Part shown: positions 1 through 12,574 of the stretch, piece by piece
Position numbering within the stretch: the first letter of the stretch is position 1
Layout of the letters: the number at the start of each line of letters is the position of its first letter
Assembly (NCBI GenBank): GCA_950097015.1
Contig: CATNEN010000002.1
Location: 8,990,001-9,054,000 of the forward strand
DNA from: Macrostomum hystrix
Lineage: Eukaryota > Animalia > Platyhelminthes
DNA length: 64,000 bases
Direction: 5' to 3'
Translations under genes and position numbers: made by a program
The notes under the pieces: model-generated
What the model saw: the letters and a program-made list of their open reading frames with translations, nothing else
Databases searched by the model: none
What the model was told of the DNA's origin: nothing

Positions 1-1727
1 GCCTGCTCAGCTGAGTAGCCATATCTGTCACGCGCCAGATCCACAAATGCGGCCAGCTGGGCCTCCGTGGCTGCAGCAGACGGTGGGGGCGACCAGACGC
101 AGAGGGCTCCATCAGGCGAGTCGCAACGGCTGCCCGGCTGACCAATTAGGGCTGGCGTTGCGGCCTGATAGTCACGACCAACTCGCATTTTTGCATCTAG
201 TGAGCGAAGGGTAACAAGGGGAGTGCTAAATCATTTACATTTTAAGGCAAAGTGACAAGACAAGCATTCACTTCCTTTGGCAGAGTGACAACAAGCAGTG
301 CTTAATCCTCAGGTAGAGTGACAAGAAAAGTACACAATCCTTCACTTTTCAAGTTGTGACAAGACAAGTGCAATCTTTCACATTCTTAGGTGGAGTGACA
401 AGAGGAGTGCTCAAACTCTTACATTCTTAGGTGGAGTGACAAGAGTAGTGCTTAATTTTCTACATTCTTAGGTGGAGTGACAAGTGGAGTGCTCAAACTT
501 TTACATTCTTAGGTGGAGTGACAAGTGGAGTGCTCAAACTTTTACATTCTTAGGTGGAGTGACAAAGGGGGTGCTCAATTTTCTACATTCTTAGGTGGAG
601 TGACAAGAGGAGTGCTTAATCTTTTACATTCTTAGGTGGAGTGACAAGAGAAATGCTCAATCTTTCACATTCTTAGGTGGAGTTACAAGAGGAGTGCTCA
701 ATCATTCCTATTCTAAGGTGAAGTGACAAGAGTAGTGCTCAAAATTGTTTCTATCAGGTTTTATCAAATATTTATAAATTATAATAAAACTGTTAGCAAT
801 ACAAAAACTAACATAAATATTGCAAAAACTAAACTATGACAATTTAGTGAACAATAATAATAATAATTTATTACACCTGCCCCAATTGGGTCAGATGTGC
901 AGCCGACAGCACAGCCGCAGCTAATGCGTGGCGCATCTGAAGGCTGCGTACAGCTGTTCAGTCCATGGACTGGGGGGACGCCACACCCACCTTCAATTAT
1001 CCTAGCTGATGCTGGTAGGGCCTACCCATTTAACAGCTGGGTGAACTGAAGCAATGCAGAGTTAAGTGTCTTGCTAAAGGACACAAATTGTTCCAGTGGG
1101 GTCGGGAATCGAACCCCTGACCTTCAAGTTGTGAGTCCAATGCCCTAACCACTAGGCTACAACCTCTTAGTGAACAGCTATGTTCAAAAAGGCTGATTTA
1201 ACTATTTAAGATAAGAATAGGCCTAGTAATAGCAAATATAAAGAGCATCTAAAACTATAAATATATATATAACTGCCTGCACAATTTTTCAATGGTCCAT
1301 AGCTAGGATGCTTTAAAACATATGAATTAGGCCTATTACTATACAATGCTCAAAAAGTTTTAAAAAAGAATTTGCTAGAATTTCAAAAGTTATGTTTTAA
1401 AGACTTAAATTTTAATAAATTACAATAGAAATGACATTTACCTGCATAAGCTCCTCTTTGAATTATTTCATCTGAATCAGAATCATCAGATGTAGAAAAT
1501 GTTGGGGTATTACTCATATAGACATCTACAAATCCTTTGCTATGCTCTTTGACACTTGTATCATCAGATAATCTTCCTCTCAAGTAGTTGACTTTGTGAG
1601 GAAATAAAGTACTCGCTTTGGATGTATTCTCTTTATGAGACTTGGCAACACTCATTGTCATTGGCATGGAACATTTTCTGAAAGATGTTTTGCTTGAATC
1701 CTGTTCCTTTTCAGAACAAATCTCCAT
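1..1727 (-). CDS. RCOR: REST corepressor (CoREST/RCOR family), first two coding exons; gene continues beyond the window start
   Basis: Exon 1727-1442 ends GCAG|gtaaat (phase 1). It joins exon 196-1 (ctag|AT) to give SDDSDSDEIIQRGAYADAKMRVGRDYQAATP...LCVWSPP...QLAAFVDLARDRYGYSAEQA. This matches the CoREST ELM2 pattern (MRVGxxYQA...VWSP...KLDEYIAIAKEKHGYNMEQA). Confidence 0.85.
281..735. repeat. 41-bp minisatellite in RCOR intron (ACATTCTTAGGTGGAGTGACAAG...)
   Basis: ACATTC recurs at 421, 462, 503 and 544 (period 41); copies degenerate at the edges. Confidence 0.9.
850..1165 (-). mobile_element. tRNA-derived SINE with CORE-like central domain
   Basis: Minus strand begins GGTTGTAGCCTAGTGGTTAGGGC (A box) ... 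GGTTCGATTCCC (B box), then TGTGTCCTTTAGCAAGACACTTAACTC...CAGCTGTTAAATGGG (resembles the MIR/CORE consensus), and ends in a (TTA)n tail at ~850-866. Confidence 0.8.
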
Positions 1728-3856
1728 GATGACTAGCTAGCCAGTTAAAATAATTGGTCCAAGACTTATATAGAAATCTTTTTGTTGATCAACTAGCTAC
1801 TGCCTTGGAAGAACACTCAAGGTGTAACAAATAGGCTAGTTAATTAATTTACTAGGTTAGCTAGTTAGTTGCTGCTAGGCTGCTTAGCACAGTTATTTAG
1901 TTTATAATAAAACTGTTTATATAAACACAACAAATTACATTCCAGTGTTCTAAATATTAGGACAAAATAGCTTTAGTAGGTGCCTAACAAAGCCTAGCCT
2001 ATGCCTGTGTACTAGGCCTATAATGAATAGGCCTACAGTCTAAGCAACACACAGGTCAGCTGGTGACAAACTCAATGTTAGTGCACTCTCAAGAATGTTT
2101 GAGTCGAAAATTATATTGGGAGCTGTCCTTTAAAATTTGAATTCAGTTAGCTGTAGTAATATCAAGATGGACCGGTGTAGCTATAGTTCTTCCGTAATTA
2201 AGACTAGGCATAGATCCTATCCTGTTTTAGCAAACTTTCACAGAAAACGATTGATCGCTTACAGTAGCTAGATGAGACTCGGATTTTCAACGTAATTAAT
2301 ATAAAAAACTGTTTCTAAAAAGACCAGTGCATGAATAAAAGCGAACTACATTGAGAGGTGTAGAAAAAATTGCTATAAAGCTTTTTTAAGAGCAAAAGCG
2401 TGACATACAAAAACAATTTGGGCTAGTTCACTTGCCTTGAGCTTGACTTAGAGATGCCGGATTATCTAGTGTACTTAACAAAGCACAAAGTAGTATATAA
2501 AAATAAGTTTGAACAGTATTTTATATTTTACTATTTTCATAGTTTTAAGTTTACGATATATTTTTATAGAAATAAATAATTTGTGTAGTTGAAACCTTGG
2601 TCGCACTTTCAAAGAGCTTTTTTTCCTAGGACCATGACTTCATATCAGGTGATCATCTCGATCTCGATCGAGCGATTTGTAGGCCTACTCTTTAAAATCC
2701 CCTCTGTACTTAACAGTGTGCAAGCAAAGTTTTTTTTCTTAAAAACCCAAACTATTAATTAATGTTCGATTTTCTTACATCGATTATAATATCAAATAAA
2801 CATCGAACTGGCCATACAAGCTGCTTGCCTGATCCAAATATCAAGTACCAGACAGTTGGGTTATTAAAATGAATTATTTCTTTGTTATTGTTCTATTTAG
2901 GGCCTATAAGAGTTAACCTACAAGTATACGTTCCCAATGAAGTAAAAAAATATAAGTAATAAATATATAAGTAAGTAGGTATGTAAGTAAAAGCTTTTAG
3001 ACATTTACACAAAATACCATCCAAATGAATTTTTATTTTGTTTGCTAATTTTAAAAAAATAGGCCTAAGCCCTAAATCGCAATATGGGAATAATTTTAAA
3101 TATATAAGGTGCAAGAGCCTTAGCTGACACATGGGACTGGCATCCCAGATAGGGGGTCAGGGCTCAAACTTAATAACAATAACATATAAGTTTATGTAAA
3201 AGAAAAAATTGCAGGTATCACTTTTTTATCTCTTATCTTGATAAAAAGTTTTTGTCAATGTTAGAAGCAAGTTTACATTTTTTGGCCAGTATTAACAAGA
3301 TAAATGGTACTTCAATATTTAAGTCAAAATACATCTATGGCCTATTTCTGCCAATATTAGACTCTTTTCAGCTCAATTTTCTATTAGTTGAAAGCATTTT
3401 GCAACTGAAACCTTTCTTTAGTAAACTTTCCAGCCCCTTTTTAAATATTTTTATGACTTTAAAGTCAATTTTTTAGTAAATATTAGGCCTACTCAAAGGA
3501 TCTTATTCTTGATGATGACTAAATAGCCTAAATACCTTAGCCCCTATGGCTATAGTTATTCCATAGGCTTAAGTTACATTTTTATACTCTTAATTTTCAT
3601 GTAGTTAGGCATAATTCACACCCAATGGATATAGCTAATTCAGACAAAATGTATAGACAAACAGGATCTTATTTAAGACTTTGTATGATTTAGGAACTGC
3701 TTGTGCAATTAATAGGTTCTGTTATATCTATGGACCAACTCTATCAATATTTTTATGTTATGGAGTTATTAGACCATATACAGAAATATTTGCTTTGATA
3801 AGAGAGTATTGCTAATACTAATATATAGTGGGCGTCTTCTCATTTTTTCTGCAGAC

Positions 3857-6431
3857 ATGAATGGCAAGGATGCCATAGACCGGGCCAGGTCTAAGACCCT
3901 TGGCGTGATGAAGACATCAGATTCTGGTGCAACAGTCAGGCCGAATGGCCAGCAGCTGCAGCAGGCCCAGACCCTCCAACCCAGCGGTCCATCATCCGCC
4001 TACTTCACCCAGGAGAATGTGAATCTGGACTCCACCCAGAAGTACATCAAGATCCTGGAGGAGAAGATTCGCGAGTATCGGAGCAGCCTAGTGGAGGAGC
4101 AGATTCAACGGGAGTCGCAGACTGCGCGCGCTATTGAAGAACTGAACAACTGCGGTCACGACCTGGCCAAGCAGGAGCACACTAAGAAGCGGCTGCAGCG
4201 CGAGCAGGGCGAGTTCACAGTCAGGACTCAAAATATTCAGCGGAATATACAGAAACTCGAGTACAAACTTACCGAGCTGCGGGCGCATGGCATCCCCAAA
4301 CAGGTTTGTAGGTTGGGCCGATTTTGACCAATCAGGATTGATTTTAAGAGATAAGGATTCATTGTGACCAATCATGATCGACTCTAACCTATTGCGATTG
4401 ATTGTGACCATTCTGGATCGATTCTAACAGATAAGGATTCATTGTGACCAATCAGCTTCGACTCTAACAGACTAATATTAATTGTGACCAATCAAGTTCG
4501 ACGCTAACAGATTAGGATTGGTTGTGACCAATTGGAATTGATTTTATTGATTAAGGCAGCGTGGCCAAAGGAAGAACGGAGCGGTACTGATTTGGAAGGT
4601 TGAAAAGGCCTGCGCGCAATATAATATATTTAGACATTAGAAATCAACAACTAGACCTAGACTGGTTTGGGGCAGGCAGTAGACCCGCCAGCCAATCAAA
4701 ACGCGCCACGTGCGCTCGAGGCGACATGCAAGGCGCATATACAACACATGACCCACCGACTGCCCTGTCCCAAACGCGTTTCGCAGGTTGTTCCCGACGA
4801 CTACGTTCGCCAGCTGAAGAAGAAAGACTCGTCCAAGAAGCACCGCGTCGGAATGGGCCTCCTACAGATGCCAAACCTCAACTTGTTGAAGGGTAAGACT
4901 GCCTCCTCTGGCGACCTTCTCGTTGGCGGCGCTACCGCGGGCGGCGGCAGCGGCGGCGGTCCCAGCAGTGTCAGCGGAGTCGCAGCCGCTGTTGGCAGTC
5001 CCCAGAAAAAGTCGCAGTCTCTCGAGCACGGAGCCGTGCCACTGCCGCCGCTGACTTCGCATCACCAGCTGCAACAGCAGCAGCAGCAGCAGCAACAGGC
5101 GAGCGTGGACTCGGACCGCTTGACCGTGTCCTCCTCCGAGCCCAACACTGGCGGCAAGCTGACCAGCCTGTCCGATGAGGACGGCAGCCGGGTGCGCCTC
5201 CCTGTCACCTTCGGCCTCGGCCTTGGCGGCGGAGGTCCCCGGTCAACGGCCAGCCGCTCCAACCGCCCAAAGAGTCGAGCCTCTTCATCCGTCAGCAGCG
5301 AGTCGGCCCGACAGCACGCCTCCGCCGTTGCCGCTTCGTCCAACGAGGCCACTGCGGCCGCGGCGCCCGCATGCGACCCCACCGAGTCGCTGCGGACCCA
5401 CTTTGAGCACCTCCTGGAAGAGCAGCGCCGCGCCCTCACCGCCGATCTCGATGTCGTGCGCAACCGGCTGCAAGACGAGGCCGGCGACATTCACAAACTG
5501 GTCGGCTCAGAGATTCACAAACTGCGATACGACCAACAGGTGGCTGGATTTCCCTGCCTGCTGCTTTCCTGCCTTTCACTCCTTTTCTCCCTGCATTCTC
5601 CTCTCTTGTCTCCCTGCATTTGGCATCCTTCCATCCTTGCCGTGCACTCCCTTCTCGCTCCCTGCCTTACACTCCCTTCTCTCTCCCTGCCTTACACTCC
5701 CTTCTCTCTCCCTGCCTTTCACTCCCTTCTCTCTCCCTGCCTTACACTCCCTTCTCTCTCTGCATTACACTCCCTTCTCTCCCTGCATTACACTACCTTC
5801 TCTCCCTGCATTACACTTTCTTCCCTTCCTGCATTGTCCTATATTTCCCATAATTTTCCTGAAATCCAAGTTCACTCAGTTCTCAGCCCCTAATCCGTCG
5901 CCTCTATCGCCTGTCACCCAGGAGCTGTCGGCCAGCCTAGACGACAACCAGAAGGAGCTGGAGAAGATGAAGGTGTTCCTCACCAACCTGTCCAAGGAGA
6001 TCGGCAAGCTGATGCTGGTTGACCAGCAAATCGACGACATCAACAATAAAATCGCCGTGCTCTCCCGCGACCTCCAGGGCCCCGGCGGCGCCTGCCCGCA
6101 CGGCCGGCCGGACTCGGCTGCCACCACCAGCACCCGCCTGTTGAACCTGCTGGTGGCGCTGCTGTCCTACGGCTTCGTGGCGGCCTCCTGCCTCATCAAC
6201 TTGCTGCTGTGGCTGCTGGGCTTCATGCGCAGCCGGCCGTTTATCATCGTCTGCCTGGCAGCCGCACTCCTGGCACTGCTGTTCCATCAGTGGCCGGCTC
6301 TGGCGCCGCTGCTGACGCCAGACGGTCTGGGCTCGGCGTTGGCGCGCGGCTGTCCGCAGGCGGTTCGCAGATTTCTAGCCGAATTGGCGCTGGCGTTGAA
6401 TCGGACAGCGGATGAGGCATCGGCTGGCTGA
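3857..6431 (+). CDS. TMCC: Transmembrane and coiled-coil domain family protein (TMCC/TEX28/Dementin-like), 3 exons, ~569 aa
   Basis: Exons 3857-4303, 4787-5539 and 5922-6431, all phase 0 with GT-AG. Coiled coil IQKLEYKLTELRAHGIPKQ resembles TMCC KLREVEQNGIPRQ. Two C-terminal hydrophobic segments (LLNLLVALLSYGFVAASCLINLL; FIIVCLAAALLALLFHQW) match the TMCC end. Confidence 0.8.
4321..4545. repeat. 40-bp minisatellite, ~6 copies, TMCC intron 1
   Basis: TGACC recurs at 4325, 4365, 4405, 4445, 4485 and 4525. Confidence 0.9.
5555..5840. repeat. Pyrimidine-rich ~23-bp minisatellite (CTCCCTGCCTTACACTCCCTTCT), TMCC intron 2
   Basis: Visible tandem copies between the donor at 5540 and the acceptor at 5921. 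Confidence 0.85.
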
Positions 6432-6744
6432 TCCCGGAGGCTGTTGGAATGTCCAGAATCAATTGGTCACTGTATAAGTAGCAACTTCAACTGTTCCTGA
6501 TTGCACCCTGCGTCTCCACAGTATGAATTCAATTGTTTCCCTTACTGTTTTAGAACTCGATTGCTTTGATTATTGTTTTTATTTTTGATAAGGCCAATCG
6601 AAAAACTGCTTCCTTTACGAGCTATTCAATACCTTTTTGGCCATCATATCAGCGCTTATATTGTATTGTCATTCTGTTATCTATCTCTAGTTAGCGTATG
6701 CCAAAACGCCTTGTGTCTATGGCTGCTAAACTATGAAATCTTTC

Positions 6745-7740
6745 CAGAACTGTCCTGAGAGAATCGTCCCAGAACTGTCCTGAGAGAATCTTCTCAGAAT
6801 TGTCCTGAGAGAATCTTCCCAGAATTGTCCTGAGAGAATCTTCCCAGAATTGTCCTGAGAGAATCTTCCCAGAACTGTCCTGAGAGAATCTTCCCAGAAC
6901 TGTCCTGAGAGAATCTTCCCAGAATTGTCCTGAGAGAATTTTCCCAGAACTGTTCTCATTGGATAGTACTTGATAGAATCTTCCCAGAACTGTTCTGATT
7001 GGATAGTCCTTGATAGAATCTTCCCAGAACTGTTCTGATTGGATAGTCCTTGATAGAATCTTCCCAGAACTGTTCTCAGTGGATAGTCCTTGATAGAATC
7101 TTCCCAGAACTGTTCTCATTGGATAGTCCTTGATAGAATCTTCCCAGAACTGTTCTCAGTGGATAGTCCTTGATAGAATCTTCCCAGAACTGTTCTCAGT
7201 GGATAGTCCTTGATAGAATCTTCCCAGAACTGTTCTCATTGGATAGTCCTTGATAGAATCTTCCCAGAACTGTTCTCAGTGGATAGTCCTTGATAGAATC
7301 TTCCCAGAACTGTTCTCAGTGGATAGTCCTTGATAGAATCTTCCCAGAACTGTTCTCATTGGATAGTCCTTGATAGAATCTTCCCAGAACTGTTCTGATT
7401 GGATAGTCCCTGATAGAATCTTCCCAGAACTGTTCTCAGTGGATAGTCCTTGATAGAATCTTCCCAGAACTGTTCTCAGTGGATAGTCCTTGATAGAATC
7501 TTCCCAGAACTGTTCTCATTGGATAGTCCTTGATAGAATCTTCCCAGAACTGTTCTGATTGGATAGTCCCTGATAGAATCTTCCCAGAACTGTTCTCATT
7601 GGATAGTCCTTGATAGAATCTTCCCAGAACTGTTCTGATTGGATAGTCCTTGATAGAATCTTCCCAAAACTGTTCTCATTGGATAGTCCTTGATAGTATC
7701 TTCCCAGAACTGTTCTCATTGGATAGTCCTTGATAGAATC
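6745..7740. repeat. Composite minisatellite: 25-bp unit switching to a related 40-bp unit
   Basis: CTTCCCAGAACTGTCCTGAGAGAAT repeats to ~6950, then TTCCCAGAACTGTTCTCAGTGGATAGTCCTTGATAGAATC repeats to 7740. Confidence 0.95.
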
Positions 7741-8231
7741 CTGTTTTCTGTTTTGTACCTACAGGTTCGTGAGCTGTAATTGTTCCACCAATCCTTCTAT
7801 TACACGGGACAAATTTAGATTTTCTTTCCGCTTTGCCTTTCTCATGACATTAGCGACATTAGCCTGACAATGCCGCTCTCTGCATGTACAGATTCGTTCT
7901 AATTTTGCCTCGCTCTGCTGTTACTTGGGCGCAGTAATCCACGTCTTTGTTAATTGTGTCCTGCCTTTTATGCACCACTTTATTGACGATCACTAACAGT
8001 TATATTTATATATTTTATTTCATTTTAAGAATAGTCGCTTAATTGTTAACTGTACATCCAGCTCATTGCATGCTGGTGTTTTGCCGAATGAGTAAATCCT
8101 TATAAAACTTAATAGTGTGACACGCGTTCAACGGATTTCAAGTTCTGAGTATTTCTGCCTTACCTTAACTAACAATCTGTTAGGCTTGGCTGCATCTTTT
8201 CCTTGATCTCTGCTGTGTTCTGCTAGGAAAT

Positions 8232-9272
8232 AGTGGACGGCTGGAGATTGGTAATGAGAGTGACAGTGGACGGCTGGAGATTGGTAATGAGAGTGACAGT
8301 GGACGGCTGGAGATTGGTAATGAGAGTGACAGTGGACGGCTGGAGATTGGTAATGAGAGTGACAGTGGACGGCTGGAGATTGGTAATGAGAGTGACAGTG
8401 GACGGCTGGAGATTGGTAATGAGAGTGACAGTGGACGGCTGGAGATTGGTAATGAGAGTGACAGTGGACGGCTGGAGATTGGTAATGAGAGTGACAGTGG
8501 ACGGCTGGAGATTGGTAATGAGAGTGACAGTGGACGGCTGGAGATTGGTAATGAGACTGACAGTGGGGAGGCAAGGGATTGGTAATGAGAGTGACAGTGG
8601 AAGGCACGGGATTGGTAATGAGAGTGACAGTGGGGAGGCAAGGGATTGGTAATGAGAGTGACAGTGGAAGGCACGGGATTGGTAATGAGAGTGACAGTGG
8701 GGAGGCAAGGGATTGGTAATGAGAGTGACAGTGGAAGGCACGGGATTGGTAATGAGAGTGACAGTGGAAGGCAAGGGATTGGTAATGAGAGTGACAGTGG
8801 GGAGGCAAGGGATTGGTAATGAGAGTGACAGTGGAAGGCAAGGGATTGGTAATGAGAGTGACAGTGGAAGGCAAGGGATTGGTAATGAGAGTGACACTGG
8901 AAGGCAAGGGATTGGTAATGAGAGTGACAGTGGAAGGCAAGGGATTGGTAATGAGAGTGACAGTGGAGAGGCATGGGATTGGTAATGAGAGTGACAGTGG
9001 GGAGGCATGGGATTGGTAATGAGAGTGACAGTGGGGAGGCATGGGATTGGTAATGAGAGTGACAGTGGGGAGGATTGGGATTGGTAATGAGAGTGACAGT
9101 GGGGAGGCATGGGATTGGTAATGAGAGTGACAGTGGAGAGGCATGGGATTGGTAATGAGAGTGACAGTGGGGAGGCATGGGATTGGTAATGAGAGTGACA
9201 GTGGGGAGGCATGGGATTGGTTATGAGAGTGACAGTGGGGAGGATTGGGATTGGTAATGAGAGTGACAGTGG
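8232..9272. repeat. 33/34-bp minisatellite (…GATTGGTAATGAGAGTGACAGTGG…) with two subtypes
   Basis: Homogeneous 33-mer to ~8555, then mixed 33/34-mers. It explains the spurious ORFs at 8128-9212. Confidence 0.95.
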
Positions 9273-9715
9273 GGTGACCAGCTCAGTGTCTTGTCAGATA
9301 TCAAATGAACTCAGTTGTTGATTGCTTTTCTGCTCAGGGATTTATTTGAGTACACTTAAGCACCTCTTCCTGCCTAGCAGGGAAGTATGAAAGCTTGGAG
9401 CAGGAATTCTGCATATTAGAGTCGCAGTTCTTTGCCACAATTCACTCACCGTCTGAGAATGCAGTGCTCAACCTAGTCAAGGCACTTTAAATTGCGGTTC
9501 AGTGTTAGTACAGCTGATCAGGCCACAGTTCTGGAGCACTTTTGCGCTGACAACTCTAGCCAAGCGTTCGTAAGCAGGCAGTGAACTTTATTTTCAGAAA
9601 ATAGGAGTGGACCTACTGGCCATGCAGAGCTGTCACACCATGTGCAGTTACTGAGGCTTTACTGGAAACTACAGGTGGAAACCACCACAAGTAAAAAATT
9701 ACTCAGACACTCACC

Positions 9716-10240
9716 GAACAGCTGCTAATCTGTTAGGCATTCACAGTTGAACAGCTGCTAATCTGTTAGACATCCACAGTTAGAACAGCTGCTAATCTGT
9801 TAGACATCCACAGTTGAACAGATGCCAATCTGTTAGACATCCACAGTTGAACAGCTGCCAATCTGTTAGACATCTACAGTTGAACAGATTCCAATCTGTT
9901 AGACATCCACAGTTGAACAGATGCCAATCTGTTAGACATTCACAGTTAGAACAGCTGCCAATCTGTTAGACATCCACAGTTGAACAGATGCCAATCTGTT
10001 AGACATTCACAGTTAGAACAGCTGCTAATCTGTTAGACATCCACAGTTGAACAGCTGCCAATCTGTTAGACATTCACAGTTAGAACAGCTGCTAATCTGT
10101 TAGACATCCACAGTTAAAATAGCTGCTAATCTATTAGACATCCACAGTTGAACAGCTGCCAATCTGTTAGACATCCACAGTTGAACAGCTGCCAATCTGT
10201 TAGACATCCACAGTTGAACAGCTGCTAATCTGTTCCACAG
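9716..10240. repeat. 33/34-bp minisatellite (GAACAGCTGCTAATCTGTTAGACATCCACAGTT)
   Basis: About 15 visible tandem copies. Confidence 0.95.
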
Positions 10241-10601
10241 GATGATGCGAATTTACGAAGTTAAAAATAGAACCGGGCCCCACCGCTAGTCTGCAGTTTT
10301 GTATTGCAGAAATGTTTAGTTCGGTCTCGCCCATAGATTAAAGGCAGAATCAGTTGCACAAGCAGCAGCTTGAGGTCTAGACGACATCTATTCTAGCGCA
10401 TTGGCCAACCGAGTCCGTATGCTCGGCAGTGCGGAAGCGGTATCGACTCAAGCTCTATAACTCAAAACTCAAAACTCGACTCAAAACTATAAAATAGTAG
10501 GCGGCCCTTGGAGCATGGGCTGACCGGCATTTGGCTCGCCCTGTAATTGCCGAGCCTGCAATTCACAAAAGCTGCTCCGAAGAAGCCACCGACTCACAAG
10601 A

Positions 10602-12122
10602 ATGACGACCTCCGCTGACTGCCAGAACTCCGCCACCGCGATCTTCGACACGACCGCGCCAGCGAACGACTGTGACAGCGTCTGCAGCACACTCTCCGAC
10701 TGCTCCCTCATTCACTGCAGGCGCAGCTTTCACCGGCGTCCACGGGGCAGAAGTCGGCCTGAACCGGCGCCGAAGCCATCCCCGCCGCTGCCACCGCCGC
10801 CCCCGTCTCCGCCAGTGCAGGGAACACCGCCTGAGCAATCCTTCTCGCCGCCGCTGCCGTCACCGCCGCCGTCTGCTTGGTGCCAGGATTCCGACAGTCG
10901 AGTCTTAAAAATCAAAGCCAGCGCGGATGACAACTTAAAAGCAGACGACATCGATTTGGACGCGGTCAGCAGCCTAAGCGGCGCCAGCAGCTTAAGCCGC
11001 CTGTCGGAGGACCGCGCCAGCTACCGCACGACTGTCATGCAGCAGTTTGAGACTGAGCTCAGCAGGCTTGAGCTGGCGGTGGCTCAGCGGATCCGGGCTA
11101 GCGGAGGCCGAGTCATCGCAGGGGACTCCTGCAACCCAGCGGCTGGTGGCAGCGTCTACTCGGTGGTGAAGAGCGGCTGCCTCAGCCTGCTGCTCAGCCG
11201 CGTTCTGCCGCCGATCCTGGAACGCTTCGAGCAACGCCTCATCGGCAGCCTGCTGACCGCGGGTCTCCTGTCCGCTGACCAAGCACAGCGGCCGACTTCT
11301 AGCGCCACCTCGGAAACCACCGTCTCCGGTCCGCAGCCGCCTCCGAAGCCGGCGCCAAGGCGGAAGAGAAACTCGGCGGCTGTCCCGAATATGCCAGTGA
11401 GGACCGATGTCTCGACGGCCGCCTTCAAGCAGCTCCACCAGCCGCAGCTGCCGTGCGCCCTTCAGCACCGCGTTGCCTCGCCCTACTTCGCGGCAGAGTC
11501 AAACCATCGGCTCTTCCACCAGCATCCGCTGACAGTTAGGAACAACTCCAGCCTTTCCAAGACTTCTACGACACCTTCTTTGCCACCGCGGCCGCAGCAG
11601 CCGCCGCCGCCACCGCCCCCGCCGAAGCATCAGCAGCACACTCTAATCTCAGTCTCACCGTCAAAGGCCACCGCCACCGCAGCCCTCCGCGACCCGTTCC
11701 GGAAGTCCCCGCCGCGGTACAGATCGCGCAGCGGACCCGTTGCGAGGTCTGCTGCCACATCCTTGTGCGACATCGTACACGCCTTCTCGGTGCCCGACAG
11801 CCCGGCTCTGCGGCAGATCCTCAGCGACCCGGCGGATCGCAAAGTGAAGAGCATCAGCCAGCGCTACGGCTGCTTCATCGGCGTCTTCCAGCGCTCCAAC
11901 AAGCGGCCCAGCCGCGTCTCCCTGCACCGGGTGGTCGTCCGAGCGCCAGGCGAGAAGGCCCTCCGGATGTGCCTGAACGCTTTGGACAGCGGGCTCGGCT
12001 GGGATCTGAGCTCGCAGTTCATCAAGAAGTCGGGCACGGCCTCGGCTGCGTGCAGCAGCTTCGCAGTGCAGCCGAGGCAGGCGAGTCAGTTGAGTTCAAT
12101 CAAAAATGTCGAATATTCTTGA
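10602..12122 (+). CDS. Single-exon Pro/Ser-rich protein (506 aa) with C-terminal degenerate KH-like domain
   Basis: Long GC-rich ORF with the local exon codon style. The C-terminus HAFSVP-DSPALRQIL-SDPAD-RKVKSISQRYG-CFIGVF...HRVVVRAP-GEKALRMCLNAL follows type I KH secondary-structure order but lacks GxxG. The ORF is well supported; the KH call is tentative. Confidence 0.7.
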   Translation: MTTSADCQNSATAIFDTTAPANDCDSVCSTLSDCSLIHCRRSFHRRPRGRSRPEPAPKPSPPLPPPPPSPPVQGTPPEQSFSPPLPSPPPSAWCQDSDSRVLKIKASADDNLKADDIDLDAVSSLSGASSLSRLSEDRASYRTTVMQQFETELSRLELAVAQRIRASGGRVIAGDSCNPAAGGSVYSVVKSGCLSLLLSRVLPPILERFEQRLIGSLLTAGLLSADQAQRPTSSATSETTVSGPQPPPKPAPRRKRNSAAVPNMPVRTDVSTAAFKQLHQPQLPCALQHRVASPYFAAESNHRLFHQHPLTVRNNSSLSKTSTTPSLPPRPQQPPPPPPPPKHQQHTLISVSPSKATATAALRDPFRKSPPRYRSRSGPVARSAATSLCDIVHAFSVPDSPALRQILSDPADRKVKSISQRYGCFIGVFQRSNKRPSRVSLHRVVVRAPGEKALRMCLNALDSGLGWDLSSQFIKKSGTASAACSSFAVQPRQASQLSSIKNVEYS

Positions 12123-12574
12123 ATTTCTGCATTGCATTTTTTGTGTGTCGTCGTGCGTCGCTGTTGAAGAACAGCAGCTTACTTTAACTGACCGATCTGT
12201 CCTTTGTCCATGCCGCTGTTTTAGTTTGGTACAGTACAGTGCAGGTGCCAAGCGTGCGCGCGAGTTCTGTGACTTAAATGACCAAAAAACTATGACAGTA
12301 GGTCTAGTGACGTCACAAATCCCTAACCGTTTATTCCCCAGCAAGAAAAGCCGACAGCTCCTTGACCAGTTCAGATTTTTGCTTATTTTTAACCCCAATT
12401 TCTATAGCAGTCTTTGTACCTGTTTATTTTGTTTTCACTTCGGTGCCTGATTTGAGTTCCCCGCAGGCAAGGCCCAGGGTTCAGGCTTCTCTTAATTCCA
12501 TTTTGTGCATAGCTTAATCAGTTACATTTGTCATCATCGCCTATAACTGACGCATCAGGTTGAATTTCAACGCG

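Noticed and set aside
1093-1165. tRNA gene
   Set aside because: It has A/B boxes but poor anticodon and acceptor stem pairing, and continues into a SINE body and tail.
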